Positions 9,225-19,892 of a stretch of 56,938 nucleotides of DNA are shown here, piece after piece. Below the pieces are notes generated by a model. The model saw nothing but the letters and a program-made list of their open reading frames with translations. It was not told the DNA's origin and ran no database searches. The stretch is taken from the IMG/VR virus record IMGVR_UViG_3300030107_001272, positions 1 through 56,938 of that record; one strand, 5' to 3'. Made by a program: the position numbers and the translations under genes. The DNA comes from a virus (lineage: Duplodnaviria; Caudoviricetes). Within the stretch, counting starts at the first letter, position 1. Each line of letters begins with the position of its first letter.

Positions 9225-11423
9225 ATGGCACTTAAAATAGCAATAAGCCCAGAGGGTAAAGAAAAGATAGCACGTAGTATGGGCTATAAAGGAGACATGC
9301 GTAAGTTTAAAGAGTTCTTAGCAAGTGATCCTTCTAAACAAGCCCAACTTAAAAAGTATTACAAAGCCGCTAGAGGTGGTGCTATTAAAATGTTAAAAGA
9401 TGGTGGCGTTATAGGATACGCTTCAGGTGGATTAACTGATTCACAAATACAGAATATGTCTAAAGACCAAGCCGCTGCTATGGTGGATCAGTTAGGTGGA
9501 GCTAATATAAAATGGGATGGAACTAATCATGGTGACTACTCTAATCTAGACTCATTTAAAACGTATAAGGGTTGGGATAATGTACCTGGTGGATTTGATA
9601 CTTGGAAAAAGGTAGCTGAGAAAGCAGGGCTTGGACAAAAAAATAAAGCATCTTCTGACAAGAATGTAAAATCGGGTGCTTTAGAGTATGATTCAAATGT
9701 TTATCAACAAACAGGAGCAGATGCTGAAAAAGCAGTTGAGAAAAAACCTGACATTGGTAAGGCTAATCCGTTACCTACATATGACCTCACTAAAGATATG
9801 CAAGGTAAAGCTACTAATCCTACACTAACAGGTGATATGAAAGTTACACCAGAAAAAATTACAGTTGAAGATAACCAACTTATAGATAAAGAAACAGGTC
9901 AAGTAACAGGAGATCAAAAAGCTACTGCTACTACTGCTACAAAAGAGGATGATGTAGATGTTCCTGATACACCCACTGTTGCAAAAACAAGCGCAGTAAC
10001 TGCAGAAGATGATGTTGAAAAAGAATTAGATAAGCTTAGTCCTGAAAAACTTGATGATGAAACAAAAGAAGATGCTACAATAGTAGCTGAAGAAGAAGAT
10101 GAAAGTTCTGTATCAGATTTAAAAGCAACGCAGGGTAAATCTATTGTAATGAACAATGAAACCCAAAGAAAGATAGAGGATGGAGAACTAGTTGATAGTC
10201 AAGTTGATCCACAAAAAGCTTCTCAATACGTAGAGGAAGTGCAAGCTGCTACTGCTACACCTACTGCTAAAGCTACTGTCAAAGGTCAGCTTGATGATTT
10301 AATGAAAGACTTTGAAGGTGGAGAAACACCCACTTGGGCAGCAGGAGCTATGCGTGCAGCCACTGCTAAGATGTTATCTAGAGGATTATCTCATTCTAGT
10401 ATGGCAGGTCAGGCTATTATACAGGCTGCAATGGAATCAGCTATGCCTATAGCACAGGCAGATGCATCAACACAAGCTTCTTTTGAAGCACAGAACTTAT
10501 CTAATAGACAACAGGTAGCTATGCATGCAGCCCAACAAAGGGCAGCCTTTATGAAGCAAGACTTTGATCAAAAGTTTCAAGCAAAAGTATTGAATGCTTC
10601 TAAGATTGCTGATGTAGCTAACATGAACTTTACGGCTGAACAACAGATAGCTTTAGAGAATAGTAGGAATGCTAATACTATGAACTTGGCTAATCTTAAC
10701 AACCAACAAGCTCTTGTTATGGCTGAAGCTGCCGCACTATCGCAATTAGATATAGCTAATTTAAGTAACAGACAGCAAGCGGCTGTACAAAATGCACAAA
10801 ACTTCTTGGCAATCGACATGGCGAACTTGAATAATGCACAACAAACTACCATGTTTAAAGCACAGGCTAATGTACAGGCACTCTTTAATGATCAGGCCGC
10901 TCAAAATGCAGCCAATCAATTTAATGCTAGTAGTGAGAATCAAGTCAATCAATTTTTTGCAGGGTTAAAAGCACAGGTAGGACAGTTTAATGTGGCACAA
11001 GCTAATGCTATGGCACAGTTTAATACTGGACAGACTAATGCTATGGCACAGTTTAACACTAACATTGCTAATCAACGAGATCAGTTTAATGCACAGAACG
11101 AATTGATTGTAGCACAAGGCAATGTTCAATGGCGTAGGGCTGTGGCTACAGGCAATACTGCTAATATAAATAGAGCTAACGAATTTAATGCTACATCATT
11201 ATTGGGTATTTCTCAACAGGCGTATGCTAACTTGTGGCAACAGCAGGGTGATGCAATGGAACTTGCATGGCAAACTGCAGAGAATGCACAAGATAGAATT
11301 ACTCAACTAGCTAACACACAGCTACAGGTATCAGGGCAACAAGCGATGGCAGATGCCGAAAGAAAGTCAAACAATATATCTGCTATTGGTGGCTTTATAA
11401 CAAACCTTTTGGGAATATTTTAA
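9225..11423 (+). CDS. internal virion (ejection) protein, Q/N/A-rich
   Basis: Long Gln/Asn/Ala helical C-terminal half and position after the tail genes. Confidence 0.6.
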   Translation: MALKIAISPEGKEKIARSMGYKGDMRKFKEFLASDPSKQAQLKKYYKAARGGAIKMLKDGGVIGYASGGLTDSQIQNMSKDQAAAMVDQLGGANIKWDGTNHGDYSNLDSFKTYKGWDNVPGGFDTWKKVAEKAGLGQKNKASSDKNVKSGALEYDSNVYQQTGADAEKAVEKKPDIGKANPLPTYDLTKDMQGKATNPTLTGDMKVTPEKITVEDNQLIDKETGQVTGDQKATATTATKEDDVDVPDTPTVAKTSAVTAEDDVEKELDKLSPEKLDDETKEDATIVAEEEDESSVSDLKATQGKSIVMNNETQRKIEDGELVDSQVDPQKASQYVEEVQAATATPTAKATVKGQLDDLMKDFEGGETPTWAAGAMRAATAKMLSRGLSHSSMAGQAIIQAAMESAMPIAQADASTQASFEAQNLSNRQQVAMHAAQQRAAFMKQDFDQKFQAKVLNASKIADVANMNFTAEQQIALENSRNANTMNLANLNNQQALVMAEAAALSQLDIANLSNRQQAAVQNAQNFLAIDMANLNNAQQTTMFKAQANVQALFNDQAAQNAANQFNASSENQVNQFFAGLKAQVGQFNVAQANAMAQFNTGQTNAMAQFNTNIANQRDQFNAQNELIVAQGNVQWRRAVATGNTANINRANEFNATSLLGISQQAYANLWQQQGDAMELAWQTAENAQDRITQLANTQLQVSGQQAMADAERKSNNISAIGGFITNLLGIF

Positions 11424-11435
11424 CAGGAGAATACA

Positions 11436-11645
11436 ATGACTAAAAATTTTACTAAACTAGCTTATGATAATATGAAAAAAATGAAGCTAGATGTAGAAAG
11501 TGAATCTAAAGCTACAGGCTTATTAGGTAGAACATCTAGTAAACCTAAAGATAAAGAAACATTAGAACCACCTGCAGTACGTGTAGCTAGATATGTACAG
11601 ATTATGAAACAGAAGCGTGAGGAAATGAAAGATGCCAAGAGTTAA
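11436..11645 (+). CDS. hypothetical protein
   Basis: RBS aggag; translationally linked to the next gene. Confidence 0.65.
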   Translation: MTKNFTKLAYDNMKKMKLDVESESKATGLLGRTSSKPKDKETLEPPAVRVARYVQIMKQKREEMKDAKS

Positions 11646-12135
11646 TCCACAAGACATAGATTTATTTAATGCCCCTATTCCCGGCCAGTCTTTAACGGCT
11701 GAACTAGGAAGTAGACCTTGGCAAAAACCCCCACAACTAACCACTGTTGAGGAAGTAATAAACTATTACTCCGATAAGTTTTTAGAGCCAAAGGTTTCTG
11801 CTGATCTTGTTACCATGATGAGTGATGATATACCTATTACTGTTATTGTAGACTCTACGATGTTAGCAAATGTAATGGAAGGTAAACATACTATAGATGT
11901 GGGTATGTTAGTTGCTCCATTTCTTGTGGAGATGTGTTCGTTCTTAGGAGATGAAGCAGGAATAAAATATACAACAGGATTAGACGAAGAAGAAGATAAC
12001 AGTATTGTGGATACCGTAGCTGCAAGACAGGTTATGTCGGAGTTTAAATCGGAAGTAGGGCAAGGCACACCTACTGAAGAAGAGGAAGCACCTGAACCAG
12101 TTAAGTCAGGATTAATGGCAAGAGGAGCAGTATAA
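11632..12135 (+). CDS. conserved phage protein (probable internal virion protein)
   Basis: FNAPIPGQSLTAELGSRPWQKPP motif; acidic tail ending GLMAR. Confidence 0.65.
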   Translation: MPRVNPQDIDLFNAPIPGQSLTAELGSRPWQKPPQLTTVEEVINYYSDKFLEPKVSADLVTMMSDDIPITVIVDSTMLANVMEGKHTIDVGMLVAPFLVEMCSFLGDEAGIKYTTGLDEEEDNSIVDTVAARQVMSEFKSEVGQGTPTEEEEAPEPVKSGLMARGAV

Positions 12136-12929
12136 TGTTATTAGATTTTTTAGGTGGGATGGCTCGACAAGGCACAAAGATACTAGATGAAAAGAGAGAG
12201 ATACAAAATAAAATAGATCTTACTGAAAAGCTTACAGAGATAGAACTCAAAGCCAAACAACGAGCTGCGGCTAATGCACGTGCTGCTAAACGAAAAGAAA
12301 ATACAATGAATGCTATGGAAATGTTACTGCCTTTAACTGGTGGAGATGAAGCGTTAGCTCAACAGATCTACGCACAGTATGGTGAAGGGGTAGGTGATCT
12401 TGTTGCTAAAGGTAGGATATATCAGTCTATGGGTATACCTTTTCTTACTGGTGGAGATGGCCCTAAAGGTGTAAACCCTGCGCTAATACAACCAGACATA
12501 TCTGAATCTAAATCTGTATATGAAACTATTCTGTTAAATAGTAATGATCCTGAACAAAAGTCTGTTGCCAGTATGCAATTAGAAAAAATAAGAATGATGG
12601 AAAACGCAGGTGAAAATTCTAATCTAAGTACAACAGCGTGGCAAGGTGCTTTTAACGCTATAGATAGTGCATTAACACAAGCTATGAAAAACGATGCAGT
12701 AGAGTTTGGTTTAACAAGTAAGTTAGATGCTTCAACAGGAAGATTAGTCTATGAACCAAATGAAAAGTGGAAAGAATGGATGCGAATAAAAGGCGTGGAT
12801 GTGTTTAATGAACGCTCACGGCTTATGCAACTTACGCCAGAAAATGATATGGAGTTAAGAAAGATATATCTTCCAACATTTGCTTCTCCAACTAGCGAGG
12901 GATGGAGTGCTGTAGAGGAAACACCTTAA
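12135..12929 (+). CDS. probable internal virion protein
   Basis: 264 aa, stop/start overlaps with both neighbours. Confidence 0.55.
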   Translation: MLLDFLGGMARQGTKILDEKREIQNKIDLTEKLTEIELKAKQRAAANARAAKRKENTMNAMEMLLPLTGGDEALAQQIYAQYGEGVGDLVAKGRIYQSMGIPFLTGGDGPKGVNPALIQPDISESKSVYETILLNSNDPEQKSVASMQLEKIRMMENAGENSNLSTTAWQGAFNAIDSALTQAMKNDAVEFGLTSKLDASTGRLVYEPNEKWKEWMRIKGVDVFNERSRLMQLTPENDMELRKIYLPTFASPTSEGWSAVEETP

Positions 12930-15900
12930 TGCCACTATTTACAGTTACAGCACCTGACGGAAAAAAGTACACTATAAATGGGCCAGAGGGTTCTACTCAA
13001 CAAGATGCTATTCTTGAGGTGCAAAAACAACTTAGTACTCAACCTTCTACCACTCCTGATACAGACAATACAGTAGAAGCGTTGACTCAACCTACACCTG
13101 AAGAAGATGAAAGAGCTAGAATAAAACAAGATACAATAGAAGAGTTAAAAGAGGATGACTTTACTTATAGTGATCTAAAACAAAATCAAGAAGTGCAGAA
13201 TGCTGCTATTAGATTTGCTAATAATAGATGGGGAGAAGACAGTGTAGCTCCTGAAGATGCTATTGATGAAGTAATAGAACACTTTAGAAGCTTTGATGTT
13301 AATGAAATAACTGCAGGGCGTGACTTTGGCTATGTTAGTGGCCTAAAAACAGATGGAAAAGAAGCAGAACTTAACGACTATAGATTGTTGTTTAATGCGT
13401 ATAATGAATTACCTAATCTGTATGAAGAAGGGGCAGCTCCTGGTGCATTCTTGGACTATGCAGAAGGCTTACTTACTGCACCCTCTACTTGGATTGGTGC
13501 ATTACTACCTGTAAGTGGTGGTAAAATTGCAGGTCAAGCAGCTGTACAAGCATCTAAGCTAGGTATTGCTAGGCTTGTTGGAACTATGGCAGCTAATCCA
13601 ATTAAAACTACTATTGCAGTTGAGGGGTTAGGTGGCGTTGCACAAGATGTTGCGGCACAAAAAACTTTAATAGAAGCTGATATACAAAAAGAATATTCAG
13701 AAGCACAGACAGGTATAGCCTTTGCACTAAGTGCAGCACCTGCCTCTCTTATTCCTTTGTTTGCTAAACAAAAAACAGTAGCTTGGGTGGAAAGAAATAC
13801 AGGCAATATTATTGAGGAATCTACTGAGGCTATTAAAAAACGTACAGAAAATGGTAATAAAAAAGTAGATACATTTTTGTCAGGTAAAAAACTAGATGAA
13901 AAACAAACTCTATTTAATAACATAGCTACTAGATTATCTACTGCTGATGAAACACTTAGACCTTTAAACGAACAACTAGTAGCAAAAGGACAAACAACTC
14001 TTAAAGGTATCCAAGGTTCTAAAAATGTATACAATGAAGCAGACATAAATGCACCCTTAAAATTGTCTATAGAAGCTCAACGATTTAAAAATATTACAGG
14101 GGCTTTGTCTGAATTTCTATATAAAAATGGAGGACTTCAGGAAGGAGAAAGAATCACTGAAGGACTAGCACGTGCATTAAGAAAGCAAGGAGCAACCGAT
14201 GAAGTTGCTGATAACTTTGGAGAATTTTTAAAGAAATATAATCTAACCACTGATGATGTAGCAAATGTTTTTATGTCTGAAGTATCTGAAGCAGGTAGGC
14301 TTCTTCAAACGGTAGGTATGGAAAAGAAAAACTTTAATAAGTTTATGCAAGACTTAGATGATATTGCAAACTATGATCTATTTGGATTTGATAAACAAGC
14401 AGTTGAAAATATAAAGAAAGCTAATAAAGTTGCTAAAGATGGTAGTGTAAGAAGCTCTTTAGGTGGTGGGTTAAAGGCTGTTGATCAAGCAAGACTTGCT
14501 TTTATGACTTCTCAAGTTGGTACGACAGTACGCAATACTATATCTGGATACTCACGTATAGGTTTTGATGTACTAACTCAAACTGTGAATAGAGGAATAC
14601 AGAAAGCCACAGGCACTGCACCGTTAACTCCTAACAGTGATGTGTTTGCTATTGCTTATGGTCTTGTTAATAGAAAAGAATCTAGTGCAGTACGATCTAT
14701 TTTTCAAGAGGGGTTTGGTAAAGAAGCAGGTAGACTATTCAGAGAACTAGCTGATGTTCAAGATGTAACTAACGGAAAAGTATCTAGACTACACGGTGTA
14801 TCACGACAATTAAATGCACTGAATACTTTGAGCGATAATATGTTTAAACAAGCTGCCCTCACTGGAAGTTTAAAAAGACAACTCAATGTTATGTATAGCA
14901 AAGCATTAGATGCAGGGGCAAAGATAGATGGCAAACTAGTAACTAAAGAAAACTTTGATCTAATTGAAATTATGAGAACAGGTAGATTCAACGATGTATT
15001 TGGTACTAAGGATGGAAAAGTTGCACTCAAGCAAGCTGTAGAAGAGGCATTAGAATTTACATATCAAAGATCTTTTCAGAATGATACAGCCAGAGCATTC
15101 TCTAATGTAGTGCATGCTGTTCCTTTTATTGGTACATCTTTTGTACCCTTCCCTAGATTTATGATGAATGCTATGAAGTTTACTTATGAGTACTCACCTT
15201 TTAATATGGCTGCTTATCGTGAGGCTTTTCAAGTTGCAACTGGAACAGGACAACGTGAGATAGGACAATCGTATGAGCAAGTATCTAAGGGTATGGTAGG
15301 AGTTGCTGCTCTTGCAGGTGCTACTGCGTTTAGAATGTCTGAACTAGCAGGAGATAGATGGTATGAAGCAAGAAGCACAGAGGGTGGCACAACAGATCTA
15401 AGACCTATGTTTCCTGCAGCACCCTATCTATTCTTAGGTGATTTAATAGCAAGACAGATAAAAGGTGAGCCTGTTATGGAGAATAGAAGAACTATACAGG
15501 ATGGTATACAGGCTATTAGTGGCGCACAATTTAAAGCAGGTATGGGATTATACATGCTTGAAAATGGTTTAGAGGATCTTACTTCAGGTGATACAGAAAG
15601 AGTTAATAAAATGATAGCTAACTTTGGTGCTAACATACTTAGTACTTTTACAATACCTGCCACTGTTCTTCAAGACCCATACAATACATTTATATCTAAA
15701 GACGATGAACGCATCATTAAAGATACTAACAGCGATAGTATGTTTAATTTGATTGTAAATAAAACAATTGCTAGATTACCGGGCAACAATGCTTTAGCGG
15801 AATATCTAGAAGATACTTTAGGTAAGGATATTTACAAAGCACCAGAACCTTTAGAGGTAGCATCAAGTGGCGAAACCATACGAAGAACTACGCCACTTAC

Positions 15901-16399
15901 TAGACAAACACAGGGTTTATTGTATAGAGAAAGACGCAATGAATTAGAAGCAGAAATGGAAAGACTAAAGATACTCCCCTCTACACTATACAAAAGAACT
16001 AGAGATCCAGAAGTAGACGCTATTAATTCTGTGATAATATCGCATGGTGTACAGGATGTACTAATCCCTTACCTTAAATCAAAAGAGTATACTGATGTAG
16101 GTGATTATGAAGGAGAAGGATTATCAAAATCTGAAATACAACGCATGCTCTTAAAAAAGAAGATAACTGAAATTAAAACTGAGATGAAGAAACAGGCTAA
16201 AGAATACTCTAAAACATTAAAGGGTACACCACTACAACGTCACGAATTTGAAAAGCTACCTGACACCATTAGAACGTTAGCTATAGCAGAATATGACGGT
16301 TCGGTTGGCAAGCCTGACAATGAAGATGATTATAACTATACTGCACTGCTAGATATTGCTAGTAAAATATCTTCTGACGTTTCAACCACACAGTTTTAG
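12929..16399 (+). CDS. large internal virion protein
   Basis: About 1156 aa from the TAATG-coupled ATG at 12929; last gene of the structural arm; VPFPRF motif. Confidence 0.6.
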   Translation: MPLFTVTAPDGKKYTINGPEGSTQQDAILEVQKQLSTQPSTTPDTDNTVEALTQPTPEEDERARIKQDTIEELKEDDFTYSDLKQNQEVQNAAIRFANNRWGEDSVAPEDAIDEVIEHFRSFDVNEITAGRDFGYVSGLKTDGKEAELNDYRLLFNAYNELPNLYEEGAAPGAFLDYAEGLLTAPSTWIGALLPVSGGKIAGQAAVQASKLGIARLVGTMAANPIKTTIAVEGLGGVAQDVAAQKTLIEADIQKEYSEAQTGIAFALSAAPASLIPLFAKQKTVAWVERNTGNIIEESTEAIKKRTENGNKKVDTFLSGKKLDEKQTLFNNIATRLSTADETLRPLNEQLVAKGQTTLKGIQGSKNVYNEADINAPLKLSIEAQRFKNITGALSEFLYKNGGLQEGERITEGLARALRKQGATDEVADNFGEFLKKYNLTTDDVANVFMSEVSEAGRLLQTVGMEKKNFNKFMQDLDDIANYDLFGFDKQAVENIKKANKVAKDGSVRSSLGGGLKAVDQARLAFMTSQVGTTVRNTISGYSRIGFDVLTQTVNRGIQKATGTAPLTPNSDVFAIAYGLVNRKESSAVRSIFQEGFGKEAGRLFRELADVQDVTNGKVSRLHGVSRQLNALNTLSDNMFKQAALTGSLKRQLNVMYSKALDAGAKIDGKLVTKENFDLIEIMRTGRFNDVFGTKDGKVALKQAVEEALEFTYQRSFQNDTARAFSNVVHAVPFIGTSFVPFPRFMMNAMKFTYEYSPFNMAAYREAFQVATGTGQREIGQSYEQVSKGMVGVAALAGATAFRMSELAGDRWYEARSTEGGTTDLRPMFPAAPYLFLGDLIARQIKGEPVMENRRTIQDGIQAISGAQFKAGMGLYMLENGLEDLTSGDTERVNKMIANFGANILSTFTIPATVLQDPYNTFISKDDERIIKDTNSDSMFNLIVNKTIARLPGNNALAEYLEDTLGKDIYKAPEPLEVASSGETIRRTTPLTRQTQGLLYRERRNELEAEMERLKILPSTLYKRTRDPEVDAINSVIISHGVQDVLIPYLKSKEYTDVGDYEGEGLSKSEIQRMLLKKKITEIKTEMKKQAKEYSKTLKGTPLQRHEFEKLPDTIRTLAIAEYDGSVGKPDNEDDYNYTALLDIASKISSDVSTTQF

Positions 16400-16777
16400 T
16401 TATCGTTTATCCCCACTACCTTGTATTTTTCCTTGTTCCTTACGCCTCTCTAGTTTCTCTAGATTCTGTGCTGCAAGTGAGCTTAGTGATAAGTTAAGAT
16501 CATCAGCTAGAACTGCACAGTACCACAAAACATCCCCGATTTCTGAACCAAGTTGTTCTTTCCAATCTGGGGGTAGTTTTTGAACACCATCCCTCATAAT
16601 CTTTTTTACCTTGTTAGCTACCTCACCTGCTTCTCCAGATAATCCCAAGGCAGGATACATGATCTTATGTTCTTGGGCATATATAGCTGTAGTCTTAGCT
16701 TTGTTTTGATACTCATCTATTCTCATGCTGTTGTACTTCCTCTTGATCCAAGCGTCTGCTTCTTTCTTTAGCTTCAT
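16400..16777 (-). CDS. mazG: MazG-like nucleotide pyrophosphohydrolase
   Basis: LGLSGEAGEVANKVKK...EIGDVLWY...NLEKL...GSGDKR. Confidence 0.9.
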   Translation of the reverse strand: MKLKKEADAWIKRKYNSMRIDEYQNKAKTTAIYAQEHKIMYPALGLSGEAGEVANKVKKIMRDGVQKLPPDWKEQLGSEIGDVLWYCAVLADDLNLSLSSLAAQNLEKLERRKEQGKIQGSGDKR

Positions 16778-16982
16778 GTTGCTTAACCTTTTTAAGTCTA
16801 TCGTGATATGCCCTAGTAAATCCTCTCTCCCATTCTCTGTATTGCATAGAGTGTAAATGAAAAGGATTAACTAAGTTACCCGATTTAAAATCGTTAATAC
16901 CTCTAGTGTATTGTATGATTAGGGGAGCATCATACTTCCCCAATCCCATTTCTTTTCTACTTCTTAGGTTTCTTCTCTTCAT
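16713..16982 (-). CDS. small protein, weakly RMF (ribosome modulation factor)-like
   Basis: YTRG...NPF...EWERGF pattern. Confidence 0.5.
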   Translation of the reverse strand: MKRRNLRSRKEMGLGKYDAPLIIQYTRGINDFKSGNLVNPFHLHSMQYREWERGFTRAYHDRLKKVKQHEAKERSRRLDQEEVQQHENR

Positions 16983-17169
16983 CTTTAACTCCTAAACTTG
17001 TTTTCAGTTCTTGGGTTTTACCTTGTTGTACTGCGTTAACGCACTGCGCTATGTGGTTAAGCAAGTTCAATGCGTTACTACCTAACGATAGCATGTTAAG
17101 TAGTTGCATCTTTTCTTGATCGTCTTCTTTAACTTCATATTCTGTTTCATCTATTGTAATCTTTGGCAT
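16957..17169 (-). CDS. hypothetical protein
   Basis: 70-aa ORF starting KITIDETEYE, RBS gagg. Confidence 0.6.
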   Translation of the reverse strand: MPKITIDETEYEVKEDDQEKMQLLNMLSLGSNALNLLNHIAQCVNAVQQGKTQELKTSLGVKDEEKKPKK

Positions 17170-17176
17170 AGTTACC

Positions 17177-19087
17177 TCACTTTCCTATATCTACAATTTC
17201 ACATGAGTCACCACTGCAAGCAAGTGTTTGACTCGACAGGGTATTGTCTTCACCCTCATAGTCCTTTAGTTTATCCCAATTTATATCGGCACTAATGGCT
17301 AGTATATCATTGTACTCTTTTTCTGTACACTCTTGGTAGGGAGCTTGCTGATATATATGATCAGTGTGTGGCAAGAAAGACACACCTGACATGTCAGTAA
17401 AGTACTTAAACACAAATGCACCTACCTCAAGCCACTCTTCTTCACGCACAGATACCGTAATGGATGGCTTGTGTTCACACCAATGCTCTTGATAGATTCT
17501 CCACATTTCTAATTGTTCTATAGCTGACATATCATTTCTAGTTATGGATGCGTCAGGTGACTTAACTGGAAAACTAAAGACCGTAGTGTCCATTGGCTTG
17601 TTAACTTCAGGCTCATTAGGTACACCCTGATCTATCATAAACTTTGTAAGAGGATCTTTGTTGTCACCACGTACAGTACGTATGTAATACTGCGAATGTC
17701 GAGCATGAATACCACTAGCCGAATCACATAACTGTGATACAGTGCCACTAGGCTTGACGCATGTGATGGCAGTAGATTGTGGTATACCTAGTAGATCCGC
17801 ATACTTCTTGTTAGTATCAATAGCTACCTTTCTAAAAACGTCTAGCCTCTCACGTAATCCCATCTCTGTACCATTGGTTAATGGACTATCCATAATGCCT
17901 GTAAGACTTACACCTAACAACCTTTCTTCTTCTGTGTTGTTCTTCCATACCTTTCTTAGGTAGGGAAAGTTAGTCAGCTTAGATTGTAGAGTACCTAAGA
18001 TAGTTGCAATAGCTATCTTCTTTTGTAAACTCTTACGTGTATCATCCTTTCTAACAACAACTTCAGTAAGATTACAGAACTGATATGGTCGTAGGATAAT
18101 CTCACTGCATGGGTTAGTACCAAAGTCATAGTCAGGATCTCTTCTACCATTCTTCTTAGCTTGGTACTGTGCAGATATTCTATTGAAGATACCTCTCTCG
18201 CCTGACTTAGATTCTACCAGTGAAGTCCACTCTCGTAAGAAAGTTTCGGAGTCGGGCTTATCTGTGTACACCACAGAGTTATTAGAGAGTGCCATGTGTG
18301 GTGCAGTCTCCCACCACTGTCCTGTCTTAGCGTGACGCATACGTATGTCGGACAAGTTGGACAAACTGATCATGGCTGATCGCCTTACGCCGCCCACTAC
18401 CACAATCTCACCTACCTTACACATAATACTATGACACTCATAGCTTGTAAGCTTTCTGCCTACAGCACCCTTAAACATGTTGATGGTAAACTTGAATAGA
18501 TCTTCAAGAGGTGCAGGGCCAGAAGCTCTACCGCCAAAGATCTTTAGCCTAGCACCTGCAGGTCTAACTTTGCTGACATCGTAAGTGGGTATTTCTCCTG
18601 CATAGAGCAATGCTATTAGCATACGAAAGGACTTTGCCCATCCCTCTTTACTATCGCTTACTGATATACACGTATCGCTATTATATAGATGTTCAGGTAT
18701 CTCTGGTAGTTTGTTGATGTAGTTACGTTCAACGCTAAAGCCTACACCTGTACCACACAGCAAGATGTACATAGCTTCATCAAAAGATTTTACATCATCG
18801 ACAGGCAGGTAGCTACAGTTATATCCTGCAGTGTTGTCACGATCAAGTGCTTTACCTGCAGTCATCAAGGCTCTCATAGATGGCATAACTTCTAGGTTGT
18901 GTATAGCATTCCATATTTTTTTCTTAGTTCTATGGTGCATGATGTTGTCAACATTCGTTCTATCCCAAATGAAATCCACGTATCGTGTTACTGTCTCTTC
19001 CCAAGTTTCCCTTCTCCCTTCATCTTCTTTCCATCTTGCATAGCGAGAGGTTGCAATAAAGTTTTGGTAATCTGTTGGTAATGTCAT
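17177..19087 (-). CDS. nrdJ: class II (adenosylcobalamin-dependent) ribonucleotide reductase
   Basis: NCSY, GTGVGFS, VVVGGVRRSA, TNPCSEI, TCVKPSGTVSQL, C-terminal CSGDSC; no nrdB present. Confidence 0.92.
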   Translation of the reverse strand: MTLPTDYQNFIATSRYARWKEDEGRRETWEETVTRYVDFIWDRTNVDNIMHHRTKKKIWNAIHNLEVMPSMRALMTAGKALDRDNTAGYNCSYLPVDDVKSFDEAMYILLCGTGVGFSVERNYINKLPEIPEHLYNSDTCISVSDSKEGWAKSFRMLIALLYAGEIPTYDVSKVRPAGARLKIFGGRASGPAPLEDLFKFTINMFKGAVGRKLTSYECHSIMCKVGEIVVVGGVRRSAMISLSNLSDIRMRHAKTGQWWETAPHMALSNNSVVYTDKPDSETFLREWTSLVESKSGERGIFNRISAQYQAKKNGRRDPDYDFGTNPCSEIILRPYQFCNLTEVVVRKDDTRKSLQKKIAIATILGTLQSKLTNFPYLRKVWKNNTEEERLLGVSLTGIMDSPLTNGTEMGLRERLDVFRKVAIDTNKKYADLLGIPQSTAITCVKPSGTVSQLCDSASGIHARHSQYYIRTVRGDNKDPLTKFMIDQGVPNEPEVNKPMDTTVFSFPVKSPDASITRNDMSAIEQLEMWRIYQEHWCEHKPSITVSVREEEWLEVGAFVFKYFTDMSGVSFLPHTDHIYQQAPYQECTEKEYNDILAISADINWDKLKDYEGEDNTLSSQTLACSGDSCEIVDIGK

Positions 19088-19088
19088 G

Positions 19089-19259
19089 TTATTCTCCTAC
19101 TAATAGTTTAATTTTATTTAGATGAAATCCATCTACATCATAGATGAATGATTCTATTTGATCTTGTATGTCATCCTGTAACTGTTCATCAACAGATGTA
19201 GGATAGTCTTCCGTGTCTACCTCTAGTGTAATGTACACTTTAACTTTTCTTATCGACAT
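19089..19259 (-). CDS. small acidic hypothetical protein, 56 aa (not in the ORF track)
   Basis: My translation: MSIRKVKVYITLEVDTEDYPTSVDEQLQDDIQDQIESFIYDVDGFHLNKIKLLVGE. It fills the gap and carries the RNR RBS. Confidence 0.7.
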   Translation of the reverse strand: MSIRKVKVYITLEVDTEDYPTSVDEQLQDDIQDQIESFIYDVDGFHLNKIKLLVGE

Positions 19260-19530
19260 TGTCAACAGTCTCCATTAATAATTCTAGATACCAATTAGCT
19301 TTCTTTAGATCTTCTATGCCGTTCTTGTATCGGTATCTCCATAGGTACTTCATTACATTACCTTGTAAGTAGTACTCAAATCCTTCTCCACAGGCTGACT
19401 TCAAAGCTTCAATACATTCTACACCGTACTGGTTGTAGTGTGGTGGGTGGTTTACCATGTCATCACTAGACACAGAATACGTTCCATTAAAGTTATCTTT
19501 ACTATTTTCTACCATGCTATGCACTCCCAT
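19240..19530 (-). CDS. DUF3310 / T7 gp1.7-like nucleotide kinase
   Basis: DMVNHPPHY...ECIEA...GNVMKYLWRYRYKNGIEDLKKANWY. Confidence 0.85.
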   Translation of the reverse strand: MGVHSMVENSKDNFNGTYSVSSDDMVNHPPHYNQYGVECIEALKSACGEGFEYYLQGNVMKYLWRYRYKNGIEDLKKANWYLELLMETVDNVDKKS

Positions 19531-19891
19531 CTATCTTGCCTGAAAATGCTACCTTAATAACATTGCCAGTTGTTTCAGTTACTTTACTTTTAGTCGGTTT
19601 CTTTCTTAACTTAGCTATCTGTTTAGCTTTCTCTTCTTCTCTTTCTGCATCAACAAAAGCTTGGATCTCTTCTCTAAAGTCTGGATCTTCCGACATCATT
19701 GGCACAGTGGCACATATAAGATTCGTGAACTCCATCATATAAAAGAAATCATTATCTGTTAATGGGTTATCATGTGAGGTGATTATACCTAACTTCACAT
19801 CTCCTGTCCAGTTGTTATTACTATCTCTTTGGGGATGTATCTTTATAATAAAATCTTCTTCGTCTATATCAAGTGGTATATGTTTTGTCAT
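19517..19891 (-). CDS. hypothetical protein
   Basis: 124-aa ORF within the operon. Confidence 0.65.
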   Translation of the reverse strand: MTKHIPLDIDEEDFIIKIHPQRDSNNNWTGDVKLGIITSHDNPLTDNDFFYMMEFTNLICATVPMMSEDPDFREEIQAFVDAEREEEKAKQIAKLRKKPTKSKVTETTGNVIKVAFSGKIDGSA

Positions 19892-19892
19892 A

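Noticed and set aside
18345-18355. Partial reverse match ATGTCGGACAA to the 18-bp element inside RNR
   Set aside because: Only 11 bp, and it encodes the conserved LSDI segment; probably chance.
19233-19245. GTACACTTTAACT, identical to 35475-35487
   Set aside because: A single AT-rich coding match with no supporting context.
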